Shown here one piece after another: positions 1 to 11,586 of a stretch of DNA of 41,359 nucleotides (positions are counted from its first letter, which is position 1; every line of letters starts with the position of its first letter). Source of the DNA: Octopus sinensis (taxonomy: Eukaryota); NCBI RefSeq assembly GCF_006345805.1, contig NW_021835335.1, positions 1 to 41,359 on the forward strand, read 5' to 3'. The notes under the pieces were generated by a model, which was not told where the DNA came from, did no database searches, and saw only the letters and a list, made by a program, of their open reading frames with translations. A program made the position numbers and the translations under genes.

Positions 1-345
1 TTCAGTCCACATGCGTGGCACTTGGGCAAGTGTCTTTTACTATAGCCTCGGGCCGACCAAAGCCTTGTGAGTGGATTTGGTTGACGGAAACTGAAAGAAG
101 CCCGTCGCATATTTGTATGTATATATATATATATATGCCTGTGTGTTTGTGTGTCTGTGTTTGTCCCCCTAGCATTGCTCGACAACCGATGCTGGTGTGT
201 TTATGTCCCCGTCATTTAGCGGTTCGGTAAAAGAGACCGATAGAATAAGTACTGGGCTTACAAAAAGAATAAGTCCCGGGGTCGAGTTGCTCGATTAAAG
301 GCGATGCTCCAGCATGGCCGCAGTCAAAGAGTAAGAGTAAAAAGT
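1..345 (+). mobile_element. tRNA-derived SINE family A, 5' end cut by window edge
   Basis: Body CCTTGGGCAAGTGTC...GACGGAAACTGAAAGAAGCCCG, internal (TA)n/(TG)n, tail GGCGATGCTCCAGCATGGCCGCAGTC plus A-rich end; co-linear with about 10 other copies in the window. Resembles octopus OK/OR-type SINEs; exact family needs a Dfam/SINEBase search. Confidence 0.9.
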
Positions 346-1107
346 AAATAAGTTCTGTTAGATGTGGAGTATGGTATATAAATTTATGTGACGTCTTTAT
401 ATAACGTATCTATAAATAATTTAGCAACTGGTAAGTATTTCTTCTACTTTTCTGTCACTCTGTGTCGTATCCCTGTTACACAAATTTTCATCTCCCATGG
501 AGCGGCGAATCAACATAAAATTGAATGGTTCGTAGATGTCCCAGAGTGACAGTAACTATATATTGTTTTAACGTATTGTTCAGCTGTAGACAATGTTAGG
601 AAAAAAGAAATGGTCGTAAAAATCTTTCAGATTCATTGATGGAAGTTAGCCACACAAAAGAAAAAAAAATTAAACATAAAAATTACATTCATGCAGTTAA
701 TTTCAAAAGCAATTTGAAAAATAAAAAGAAAATGGTTGAAAAGTAAAATTCAAATGTTCTTTTAGTTTCCTTGTAAAATATATATAAAATTAATTGACTG
801 GATAATTTTTAATTAAAAAGAATCGAATTTAATTTCAAAGAATCAGACTGTTTTGTCATGTCCACAGAATTTATAGTTAGGCGCCACCGAGGTTGTTGCC
901 TTGGGAATCAGAATATTTTGTCGTGTTGACAGAAAATTGTTAGTTGAGCGCCATTGAAGCTGTTACCCTCTTTTCAATGAGCTTTGGTCAGACGCTGGTT
1001 ATTTGCAAGTATAGAAATGTTTTGATGTTCTCTAACTGGGGAAATAGAACACGGCAAATCCTGGGGTTTTCTAACCTAAAAAAAAAATGGCGTACCTGAA
1101 GTGTCAT

Positions 1108-1359
1108 CACTATTTCTTTCTTTCTTTCTTTTCTTTTCTTTTACTTGTTTCAGTCATTTGACTGCGGCCATGCTGGAGCACCGCCTTTAGTCGAGCAAAT
1201 CGACCCCAGGACTTATTCTTTGTAAGCCCAGTACTTATTCTATCGGTCTCTTTTTGCCGAACCGCTAAGTAACGGGGACGTAAACACACCAGCATCGGTT
1301 GTCAAGCAATGCTAGGGGGGACAAACACAGACACACAAACACACACGCATACATATATA

Positions 1360-1411
<52 letters not shown>

Positions 1412-1578
1412 CATATACACGACAGGCTTCTTTCAGTTTCCGTCTACCAAATCCACTCACAAGGCATTGGTCGACCCGAGGCTATAGCAGAAGACACTTG
1501 CCCAAGATGCCATGCAGTGGGACTGAATCCGGAACCATGTGGTTGGTTAGCTACTTACCACTCAGCCACTCCTGAGCC
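1108..1578 (-). mobile_element. SINE family A, full length
   Basis: On the - strand: tRNA-like head with A-box-like TGGCTGAGTGG and B-box-like GGATTCAGTCCC, central (TA)n, tail GGCGGTGCTCCAGCATGGCCGCAGTCAAATGACTGAAACAAGTAAAAG and (AAAG)n end. Confidence 0.93.
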
Positions 1579-1748
1579 TATGTTGTATATTGTGCATTAC
1601 TCAGCATCGTGATTAAATGACTAATAAATATTTTATTCACAAACAACGTCTTTTAGAAAAACTAAGGTAAGTTTAATGCAATTTTCCTACAAAAACGGTA
1701 TATTTCACGGTACGCGGCCAGAGTTGTCAGGTGTGAGAATAAGAATAT

Positions 1749-2100
1749 AAGATTTACGCAATGGAGTAGATAAGATCTGGGCTACATATGTTTAATAGGG
1801 AGCGGAGCTAGGAAGTCGTAAATATCCAAGCGAGGTGTGTACCGCAGGCTACTCTTAAGGCCAGGGATATCTTGATTATATGAAAGTTTACATTGTATGC
1901 AAGGAGCTGCATGCTATTGCATGGAAGATTCAATCAGAATACGACAATGTAAACTTTCATTTAATCAAGATATACTTGGCCTGAAAAGTAGCTTGCAGTA
2001 TATGCTTCACTTGGATATTTACCACTTCTGAGGTTCCGCTCGCTATGAAACATACGTAACCCGGGTTTTATCTATTCCATTCCACCATTCCGTAAATCTT
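1749..2100. repeat. Imperfect long inverted repeat (arms 1749-1896 and 1944-2100), MITE-like or hairpin-RNA-like
   Basis: The reverse complement of the left arm aligns end to end with the right arm (AAGATTTACG...TTTACATTGT versus ACAATGTAAA...CGTAAATCTT), about 75-80% by eye, with a 47 nt loop. Confidence 0.88.
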
Positions 2101-2215
2101 GTATGTATGTATGTATGTATGTATGTATGTATGTATGTATGTATGTATATTCCTTTATTATTTTACTTGTTTTAGTCATTTGACTGCGGCCTTGATGGAG
2201 CACCGCTTTAAATGT

Positions 2216-2267
<52 letters not shown>

Positions 2268-2410
2268 CTTATATACATGTTTCGTTTTTGGGTTTGGTTT
2301 GCATATTATATATATTATATATATATATATATAATAATATATATATATATACATTAAATACATACATACATACATACATGTGTGTGTGTGTGTGTGTATT
2401 TGTATGTGTT
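2101..2410. repeat. (GTAT)n/(TA)n/(TG)n microsatellites with an isolated SINE-A tail fragment (2155-2210, -)
   Basis: Direct inspection; TTTAGTCATTTGACTGCGGCCTTGATGGAGCACCGCC matches the SINE-A tail. Confidence 0.9.
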
Positions 2411-2657
2411 TGTTAGTTTCCGTAACAAATCTGTAATTGACTTTTCTTAATGCAAAATTCTTCTTATTATCTCTCCCTAACTCACAAGCTATACCGAGAA
2501 GATTTAACCGACTCTATTAAATATTCAAATGATTAATTAACCGAATTTCCTTCGTCTGTGTCCCTAAGCATAACTTCACTAAACAGACATTTAGATTGAT
2601 GTAACTACTGATTAAACCAGTACTTTGCTATGACTTTATACATACATACATACATAC

Positions 2658-2709
<52 letters not shown>

Positions 2710-2879
2710 GTATGTATATAAATAGGCATATTTATAAATGCACGTGCTTATACATACACAGCGACACGCACACAACACACGCATATTTATGTACATATGT
2801 ACATATGTTATTATATATATATAATATATATATATATATATAGTATGTGTGTGTGTGTGTATGTGTTTGTTTGTTTGTT

Positions 2880-3090
2880 TTTCCAGTTTCAGCTCTTGAG
2901 AGTGGCCATGCTGGGGGCACCGCCATAGGTGTGGTGAAAGAGTACAGCAGGGATCACCACCCCCTGCCGGAGCCTCGTAGAGCTTTTAGGTGTTTTCGCT
3001 CAATAAACACAAACAACGCCCAGTCTGAGAATCGAAACCGCGATCCTGCGACCGCGAGTCCGCTGCCCTAACCACTAGGCCATTGCGCCT
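2880..3090 (-). mobile_element. tRNA-derived SINE family C head joined to an A-type tail
   Basis: On the - strand: GGCGCAATGGCCTAGTGGTTAGGGCAGCGGACTCGCGGTCGCAGGATCGCGGTTTCGATTCTC (A and B boxes), ending GGCGGTGCCCCCAGCATGGCC...GCTGAAACTGG. Confidence 0.85.
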
Positions 3091-3514
3091 CTACATGTGT
3101 GTATAAATTTATTGATACATTCACTATATTTGAAAAAAGATCTTCTGAAAGTAAAAATTACAAATTATATATATATATATATATATATACATACATATGT
3201 TGTTCGTCTTGTTTTCCATTTGTGTCGTTCGTTGTTCGAAAAAAATAGTTCATATTCCATGTACTCGTACTTCGTATTTTTTGTTGTACACGCTTGATGA
3301 CATCCTGGGCTAATATATGCATATATATATATAAGTATAGATGTAAGTATGTACACACACACCACACACCAAACACACACACACACACACACACACACAT
3401 CACACACACACACACCCACAACACACACACACACACACACACCACACACACATATATATTATATATATATATATATATATAATATTTATATTATTATATG
3501 ATTGAACGCCGCTC

Positions 3515-4607
3515 ATATATACTCAAGTGATCCTTATTTTATCGACCCCGAAAGGGTAAAAGGGGCCTGGTCCATGGCTGCCTTTAGTAGAGACACCTAG
3601 GTTGCTCTAAGTGTGCGTGGGTTACTAGTTAGGATGTTGCGCTCACGATCGCGAGACCATGATCTCGAATCCTGAACCAAGCAGTGCATTGTTCCAATGG
3701 AAAAACAAACATTGTATTTCACTTTGCTCTGCACCTGTACAGGCAATGTCGATTTGATGGAGAGCGGGAGCTAATGTACAGCACAAGCATTTGATCATTA
3801 GAAATAGGTAGTATTTATCCTCATTTAAACGTAGATGTTATCCTAGAACAAACTTCACTGTGGTAGATACCATGAGAGACACTCTCATATTGGCTTTCGG
3901 TTCAAAATGCACTTTTGTTTATATTGCCAGTGGAGAGATAGATCGCCGCCATCGCGACCCCAGCGCCTGTTCTGGCACTATTTTTCTATATCTGACATTC
4001 GGGGAAACGAGCCGCTGCTATTTCCGAGTAAGTTTTATCGTAACTTATTGATAGTGAAACAATTATTTGTGATTAATCTATATTTTTGTTATTTTTCATT
4101 TGTCTTGCTCGCTTACGTATCTGGTGTGCTAAATTTTTTTGGAGAACAATTCTTAGTGGTTGAGACCGTAGCAGATCTTCTAGCATAATGGTTTTCACAT
4201 AGTGGTTAAAAAAATTCCCTCTTATATTTATGTATGAAATACTATTTACTGAATCTCAGTTTTTTTTATATGCTAGACCACTGGTAAAATTGATGTTATC
4301 AAATTAATATCCAATTTCCACCCTCATTTTGATTTTAATTTTATATATATATATATATATATATTACGAGCAAAACGCCGCCCATCCAATGGACGGTGCT
4401 GAGTTGTCAAACAATTAAATCAAATTTTCGCAGAACAACTTGTCCGACCGTCCCATAGGCCTCTTCTTTGAGAAACATTGATTTAACCTAAATTTGAGAC
4501 ACCAGCAAAAGAAGAAATAAAGATAGACTTTCTTCCTATTCCACAGAAAAACGATTTCCCACGGCTTTATCGATCGTATTCTCACCTGGAATCGATATTT
4601 GTAATTT
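3515..4607 (+). repeat. Left arm of large inverted duplication
   Basis: Reverse complement of 6678-7850; ORFs 3860..4051(+) and 7247..7438(-) give identical 63 aa translations. Confidence 0.95.
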
Positions 4608-4740
4608 TTACAAGACTTATACACGCCCTGATACCATCGGTATCTACATATCATATTTGAGCGCAATCGGATGGAGGATGCCCGAGATCCTAGAAGCCAC
4701 ACACACACAGACTGACAGAACGGATTTTATATGATATATA
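4364..4740 (+). mobile_element. Putative non-autonomous Helitron/Helentron-like (HINE/DINE-like) element
   Basis: Begins after (TA)n with TTACGAGCAAAACGCCGCCC and a subterminal palindrome CC(A/G)TCCAATGGACGG; ends ACACACAGACTGACAGAACGGATTTTATATGATATA, a layout typical of invertebrate HINE/DINE-like repeats. Architecture match only. Confidence 0.4.
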
Positions 4741-5112
4741 TATATATTTAAAGGAGTTTGATTCGGGCCCATGCAGCTTAAAAATTCGTAAGATCGTTAA
4801 ATGGGGGCGAGACAACATGTTTTAAGTAACAATATAACTCGTAAGTCTTCCTAAATGTGTTGACTGTCTCTTTCTTCTTTCATCTGAAAAGCATTGAAAG
4901 CGGTAACTGAAACAAGTAAAAGATAAAAGAAAAAAAAGAAAAAAAACAGTCATGCTTTTTCCTTTTTCATTTTAATCCGCTCAAGGAGAAACCACTTCTA
5001 GCCGCTTTTAATAGGCATTTTCAGCACCACAATTCTCAGTTGCAATTCAAGCCAAAGTTTAGTGGTAAGCCAAACTGAGCACTCGTAGTACACACACAAA
5101 CACAAAACAATC

Positions 5113-5216
<104 letters not shown>

Positions 5217-5224
5217 ATCTCTTG

Positions 5225-5410
5225 AGCACCACCAGCAAATATTTTTTTTTCCTCTGTCTTCCCTTCTTGGGATCTTTCCTTCTCCTTGTTTCGACGAAGA
5301 GCTCCGCTCGAAACGTAAACCCTCATTCCCTTCTTCCTGAGCGTCAAATAATACTTTAATTGTTCCACGTCCTCGCGTTGCTGTTTTTCTGTGTTTTCTT
5401 GTTTGGATTA
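5225..5410 (+). mobile_element. Short Penelope-LTR-like repeat containing a degenerate minimal hammerhead motif (5288-5320)
   Basis: GTT-TCGACGA-A-GAGC-TCC-GCTC-GAAA-CG-TA-AAC: helix I GTT/AAC, helix II GAGC/GCTC, palindromic ACGT helix III; core C3 and U4 are substituted. Flanked by (TA)n. Confidence 0.55.
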
Positions 5411-5426
5411 ACTATATATATATATC

Positions 5427-5470
<44 letters not shown>

Positions 5471-5531
5471 ATATATATAAATATATGTATGTATATATAT
5501 TATATATATATACATGTATAAGTAATGACAC

Positions 5532-5850
5532 GCGGCTTAGTGGTTAGGGTAATCAGCTCACGATCATGAGGCCTTGAGATCAATTCCCGGTGACGCGTTG
5601 CGTCCTCTAGCTTAACACTTAATCGTGCATTGCTCCAGTCCACTCAGCTGGCAAAAATGACTAGTATCTGCATTTGAAAGTACTATCCTTTTGATATTCT
5701 GTGTCATGCTGAATCTCCCCGAGAACTACGTTAAAGGTAAACGTGTTTGTGGAGAGCTCACCCACTTTCATATTCATTTAATGAGCAAGCTGAACTGTTC
5801 CATTTTATCGGAGCAACTGGAACCCGCGTCGTCGAAACCGACGGAATGCT
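5532..5850 (+). mobile_element. tRNA-derived SINE family D
   Basis: Head GCGGCTTAGTGGTTAGGG...GATCAATTCCCGG, core TTGCTCCAGTCCACTCAGCTGGCAAAAATG, tail ...GTCGTCGAAACCGACGGAATGC. Confidence 0.8.
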
Positions 5851-5873
5851 AGTAGTTATAGTAGCAGCTGTAG

Positions 5874-5936
<63 letters not shown>

Positions 5937-6677
5937 ATATATATATATAATATATATATAATATACACACATGCATGTACACACACATACATACGCGATC
6001 GTACGTGATGAACAATTTCTATTTTCAGCATCTAGCATTGTACTAATCATAAACCGTGTTGAACATAATAGTTACTGAGTGCAAAAAATAAATGATTATT
6101 TCATTACTATTATCTTTACATTCTATGGCTTTGTTCTAATTGCTTAAAGATATGTTTCAAATCTAATAACATTTACAATTATTCACCAACTAACTCACAT
6201 TTTTTTCCTTTTCTTTTAATTATATCAAATGATTTACTTTAGATTTCTTTATCGCCGAATCCGTTAAGAATGAACAGCGCTCAATACTACACACTAGCTT
6301 TGATATATTTGATGGGATCAAGTGGTCCTTAGACGGAACTCTTGCAAGGGAGACCTGGGTTTCCCTGTCGCAGGGATGACAGATAAGGGTCTGCACTGAT
6401 GATTTGTTTATAGCGATCAAATATATACTAGCAAAAGAGGCAGTATTAATACCGTGAGCTAATATTTATCCACACTACAACATGGATGTTCTGTTAGAAC
6501 AAACTATACTGCGGTAAATCCCACGGGAGAAACTCATATTGGCTTTTGGTGCAAGTGGGGAGATAAATCCCCGCCATCTATTGCGACGAGACCACCATTT
6601 CACGTGATTTCGACCTTCCTTGGTTTCGCCAGTGGTGGATGCTCTACCGCTCGAAATAGCAGCGGCTCGTCTCCCCG

Positions 6678-7842
6678 AAATTACAAATATCGATTCCAGG
6701 TGAGAATACGATCGATAAAGCCGTGGGAAATCGTTTTTCTATGGAATAGGAAGAAATTCTATCTTTATTTCTTCTGTTGCTGGTGTCTCAAATTTAGGTT
6801 AAATCAGTGTTTCTCAAAGAGGAGGCCTATGGGACGGTCGGACAAGTTGTTCTGTGAAAATTTGATTTAAATGTTTGACAACTCAGCACCGTCCATTGGA
6901 CGGGCGGCGTTTTGCTCGTATATATATATATATTATATATATATATATAAAATTAAAATCAAAATGAGGGTGAAAATTGGATATTAATTTGATAACATCA
7001 ATTTTAACACCAGTGGTCTAGCATATAAAAAAAACTGAGATTCAGTAAATAGTATTTCATACATAAATATAAGAGGGGATTTTGTTTAACCACTATGTGG
7101 AAACCCTTATGCTAGAAGAAGATCTGCTATGGTCTCAACCACTAAGAATTGCTCTCCAAAAAAATTTAGCACACCAGAAACGTAAGCGAGCAAGACAAAT
7201 GAAAAATAACAAAAATATAGATTAATCACAAATAATTGTTTCACTATCAATAAGTTACGATAAAACTTACTCGGAAATAGCAGCGGCTCGTTTCCCCGAA
7301 TGTCAGATATAGAAAAATAGTGCCAGAACAGGCGCTAGGGTCGCGATGGCGGCGATCTATCTCTCCACTGGCAATATAAACAAAAGTGCATTTTGAACCG
7401 AAAGCCAATATGAGAGTGTCTCTCATGGTATCTACCACAGTGAAGTTTGTTCTAGGAGAACATCCACGTTTAAATGAGGATAAATTCTACCTATTTCTAA
7501 TGATCAAATGCTTGTGCTGTACGTTAGCTCCCGCTCTCCATCAAATCGACATTGCCTGTACAGGTGCAGAGCAACGTGAATTACAATGTTTGTTTTTCCA
7601 TTGGAACAATGCACTACTTGGTTCAGGATTCGAAATCATCGTCTCGCGATCGTGAGCGCAACACCTTAACATCTAAACCACGCATCCTTACTGCAAGACA
7701 AATTCATGATCTCGCGATCGGAAAAGCAAAATTCTTAACTATTAACCCACGCACACTTAGAGCAACCGAGGAGTCTCTACTAAAGATAGCCATGGACCAG
7801 GCCTTTTATCCTTTCGGGGTCGATAAAATAAGGACCAGTTGA

Positions 7843-7850
<8 letters not shown>
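6678..7850 (-). repeat. Right arm of large inverted duplication
   Basis: Reverse complement of 3515-4607 with an extra ~70 bp at about 7670-7740; outer end abuts (TA)n. Confidence 0.95.
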
Positions 7851-7890
<40 letters not shown>

Positions 7891-7915
7891 CAAGTTTTAT
7901 TCACTACCACTAGCT

Positions 7916-9530
7916 TCAGTAGGTGCCTTGTTCTTGATGCTGGATACTGAATTCTTTGATTCGAGGGACCAATTTCGTCAGTTTTAGCTTTAAATTGTTA
8001 CGTTTCATGTTACCTAAACTTGCTACAAGAAAGAGACAACATTAAATCCACATTTGACTAAGGTCGAAAAAGCATCAGTATTTTCCTTGCTAAAAAAGTC
8101 AAGTTTTGGTATTTCTTTTCATTCTTCCCAGATTTAATTCTTTTAATTTTGGAGACAGTTTTCATAGATGTATCTGGTATTTTGAGTAACTTCTCTTGGT
8201 ATAGCATTAGAACTTCAAATAAATTCTCCAGAAATGACGGAATCAACCGACATGCGATCTCCATTGCTTTCAGATTAGAAAATCTTACATTCAAATAATT
8301 AACCAGCATTCCCAAGTGATCCACAATGGCATTCTTTGCTGCGTTAGTTACTTCCCATGATTTAAACTAAGAGAAATGGCTAAAATTCATACATAAACGT
8401 CGCCAGTTCAGATATCTTTGAGTTTGCATCAAAGATCGATACGTTGACTTCTTGGATTTGCTTGTTTAAAAAACAAAGTTTCTTAAAAATGTCTGTCAAA
8501 ATGCTCAATTAAGCTTCGTAGTCTGTTGTCCACAGGTGATTCACTTCAAGGTTGTCCATTAGAAGCTCACTGAGAGGGTAAAAAAATTCTATAAAATTTC
8601 TGATGCATTTTCTCTTTGATACTCGTCCTATTTTCAGTGTGAGGTCTTAATCCCACATTAATTAAACATTAATTAAAAACGTTCAGCATTTTCGTCTTCA
8701 GAAAGCTTCATGAACAGACATTCACATATGGCATTCGCTTTGATGGAACTGATGCGTTTAATTACAGGATGCAGCATCTCATGCTGTCCAGGAGAAATGC
8801 TTTTCGCAAAAACGTTTTCTCGGCTGGTATCAAAATTAATATATCACAATATTAGATTATCAACAGCCATCAGTTTAAACATCCTGTATTTATATTTTTC
8901 ATAGCCGGGGCACTATCTGCAAAACATGATACAATGTTGGGTTTTGATATTTCGTTATTTGCTCACATAATCACTGAATTTTTTTATTGATGTCAACTGC
9001 AGAACTAACTTCTTTTAGTGATTAGCAAAAAAATCTTGAAAATCTTCCAGGAAAGCCTATTTCACATACACCAAATATCAAAGCTTCCCAAACTCGCATA
9101 GTAGATTTGTATTGAGAAATTTCATGATTTCAATTTCTCAATAAGTTGTTTCTCAACATTTTTCTCCATGTCATCTATTCTGTTCTTGTTTGTAATATAA
9201 TTCAATGGCATCGTTTGGACAACTTTGTCGCCCTTTGGCAGAAACTTTCTCAAGAAAAACAGATACAACAAATAACATATAAGAGTCATATAATTCTTAG
9301 TATGTTTTCTTATAAGCAGAGAAATTTCATAGCTTGCATGAAAGCTATGATTGAAGGCTGTAGTTTGTGAACAGTGAAGTGTTTCTTTTATTTATCCATT
9401 TTCGAACGAAGCTTCGAGAGTTTCAAAATATTTCAATATCGAATCGACATTACTTGGATGTTTAACTCTAATATGAGCTCAAAGCTGGTAAGCTTTCATT
9501 GATTCAATATCAACCCCGAAAATATTAGAT
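7916..9530 (-). mobile_element. Decayed hAT transposase (Buster/Charlie, ZBED8/FAM200/SCAND3-like), near full length, many stops and frameshifts
   Basis: Ordered motifs translated by hand: ESMKAYQL*AHIRVKHP (BED-finger end), ASYEISLLI, RIDDMEKNVEKQLIEKLKS, CFADSAPAM, ENVFAKSISP..HPVIKRISSIKANA, ILTDIFKKLCFLNKQIQ, IVDHL..RFSNLK, KYQNLT, LKLKLTKLVPRIKEFSIQHQEQGTY* (stop at 7916-7918). No TIRs located. Confidence 0.88.
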
Positions 9531-9939
9531 AGCGTGATCCTAGAAGGTTTGTGTTCTTGAAAAAATACTTCACTTCACGTTGCCCCCATTGACAAAATTA
9601 TTCCCACTACGACGGATCCACGTCCTGTCCATAGGTTGCGGAGGAATATACACTTCACAGAATCCGGGAAACCGGCCTTATGAGTGTAGAGCACAGGAAG
9701 GGCTTTTAATTCTGTTTTTTTTTCATATATAGATACACACACATAGACACCCCTCCATACACATGGTGATCTTCTACTCGAATCAAGTAACTTTTCCAAT
9801 TGTTGGTTTGTTAATACTGTCGGTTCAAATTCCTGTTACACAGTCATAAATCTTTCTACATATCTATCTGCCTGTCTGTCTACCCCCTCTCTCTCTTCTC
9901 TGTCTCTCACTTTCTCTCTCTCTCTCTCTATTTTTTTTT

Positions 9940-10000
9940 TATGTACCCGAAGAGACCCATAACGGATCGAAACATGTGTCGTAATAAATAAAATCTTTTA
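9940..10000 (+). ncRNA. Degenerate minimal hammerhead motif followed by AATAAA (Penelope-LTR-like relic)
   Basis: TAC-CCGAAGA-GACCC..GGATC-GAAAC-ATGT-GTC-GTA then AATAAA; palindromic ACATGT in helix III; U4 changed to C and helix II has a mismatch. Confidence 0.5.
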
Positions 10001-10672
10001 CTCATTCCATCTATTTTAATAATACATTACCTCAACCGCCACTACGAAGTTCCTACAATAGATTAACGGATAACAACAGGTAATCGAAACTGTCCCGGTG
10101 CTTTATTCATCATCTGCTTATACATTTTGCATAATTTCTCCATCATATATATAATTTATATATATATATATGTATATATATATACACACATATATATATA
10201 TATATGTATATATATATGTATATAAATATATATATATATATATATATGAGTATATATACGGCAGCAGTAGCAACAACAACAACACCATGTACACAAATGC
10301 AAATACACACACACACATATGCATACAGACTCAAAGATACGGTCGTAGCCACACTCAATCACACACAAGCACACACTCCTATATAATGCACCTCTCTGTT
10401 TTAGGTTTATTAATGTTAAATTCTTCTACTGAAGATCATTGTACTGCATCGTTAGTGCTCAGAATTTTTGTTTGTTCTCTAAAGATTCCAATATTAAATA
10501 AAATCTTATTCTGCTTCTATTGAAACGGAATGAAATGGAAGGTCTGAATGCCGCCACTTGGTCTGAATGGACGATGTATAAGCTCCATCTCTAAGACACC
10601 GTTTTATGAACGTTCAGAAGAATCGGTTCTTTGAGCGAAACATTAATATCGAAGAAAAGGAAATATGAATTT

Positions 10673-10955
10673 CTAAACATTTGCCGCTTTTGTTGTTATT
10701 TTCTTTAGCTCTAGGTCAAACAGCGCTAGGTCACCGTGTACGTCTATGCTCCGGCGAGTGACCTTCCCATTTTCTTTTTGTCTGTCTACGATTACGTTGT
10801 CCAAAATGTCCTTCATTTTGACGACAGTTGGATTTGATTTTGCAGATATGGTCGCTACTTCTGTCAAGGCGAAAATAACCATGGCTGGAAGTATTTCATT
10901 CGGCTTTTTATGTGCACTTTCAAAGTTGGTCTTCTGTGTTTTAAGGCGGTAGGTA
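10673..10955 (-). pseudogene. Unassigned coding-like relic, possibly LINE ORF1/gag-type
   Basis: About 94 open codons of non-repetitive, protein-like sequence (NTYRLKTQ...KVTRRSIDVHGDLALFDLELKK) with no splice context; family not recognised with certainty. Confidence 0.3.
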
Positions 10956-11011
10956 TTGCTTGGGAGGAATTAGTTGCTATGTATATATTCCTTGGATAAT
11001 GGAACTGCAGC

Positions 11012-11439
11012 TACTCTTTACTCTCCTTTTTTACTCTTTTACTTGTTTCAGTCATTTGACTGCGGCCATGCTGGAGCACCGCCTTTGATCGAGCAACTCG
11101 ACCTTGGGACTTATTCTTTTGTATGCCCAGTACTTATTCTATCGGTCTCTTTTGCCGAAACGCTAAGTGACGGGGACGTAAACACACTAGCATCGGTTGT
11201 CAAGCAATGCTAGGGGGACAAACACAGACACACAAACATACACGCACACACACACATATATATATATACATATATACGACGGGCTTCTTTCAGTTTCCGT
11301 CTACCAAATCCACTCACAAGGCATTGGTCGGCCCGGGGCTATAGTAGAAGACACTTGCCCAAGGTGCCACGCAGTGGGACTGAACCCGGAACCATGTGGC
11401 TGGTTAGCAAGCTACTTATCACACAGCCACTCTTGCGCC
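11012..11439 (-). mobile_element. SINE family A, full length
   Basis: Co-linear with 1108-1578, including head, internal microsatellite and tail. Confidence 0.93.
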
Positions 11440-11586
11440 TATAACTATACATATATTTTTATTTTACATATACTTTTATTTTTACTTATTCTCTTAATTC
11501 CCTCTATACTTCTTGTTTCCATCCTTTTCCAAAATAACTGCTTATATTGAACTCTACTATTTCCCTCTATTTAACCATCTCACATA

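Noticed and set aside
851-970. Diverged ~67 bp tandem dimer (TTTTGTC..ACAGAA..GCGCCA)
   Set aside because: Real but only two poorly matched units with no further structure; no function assignable.
3030-3090. tRNA gene
   Set aside because: A and B boxes are present but run into a SINE body and tail; these are SINE heads, as at the other copies.
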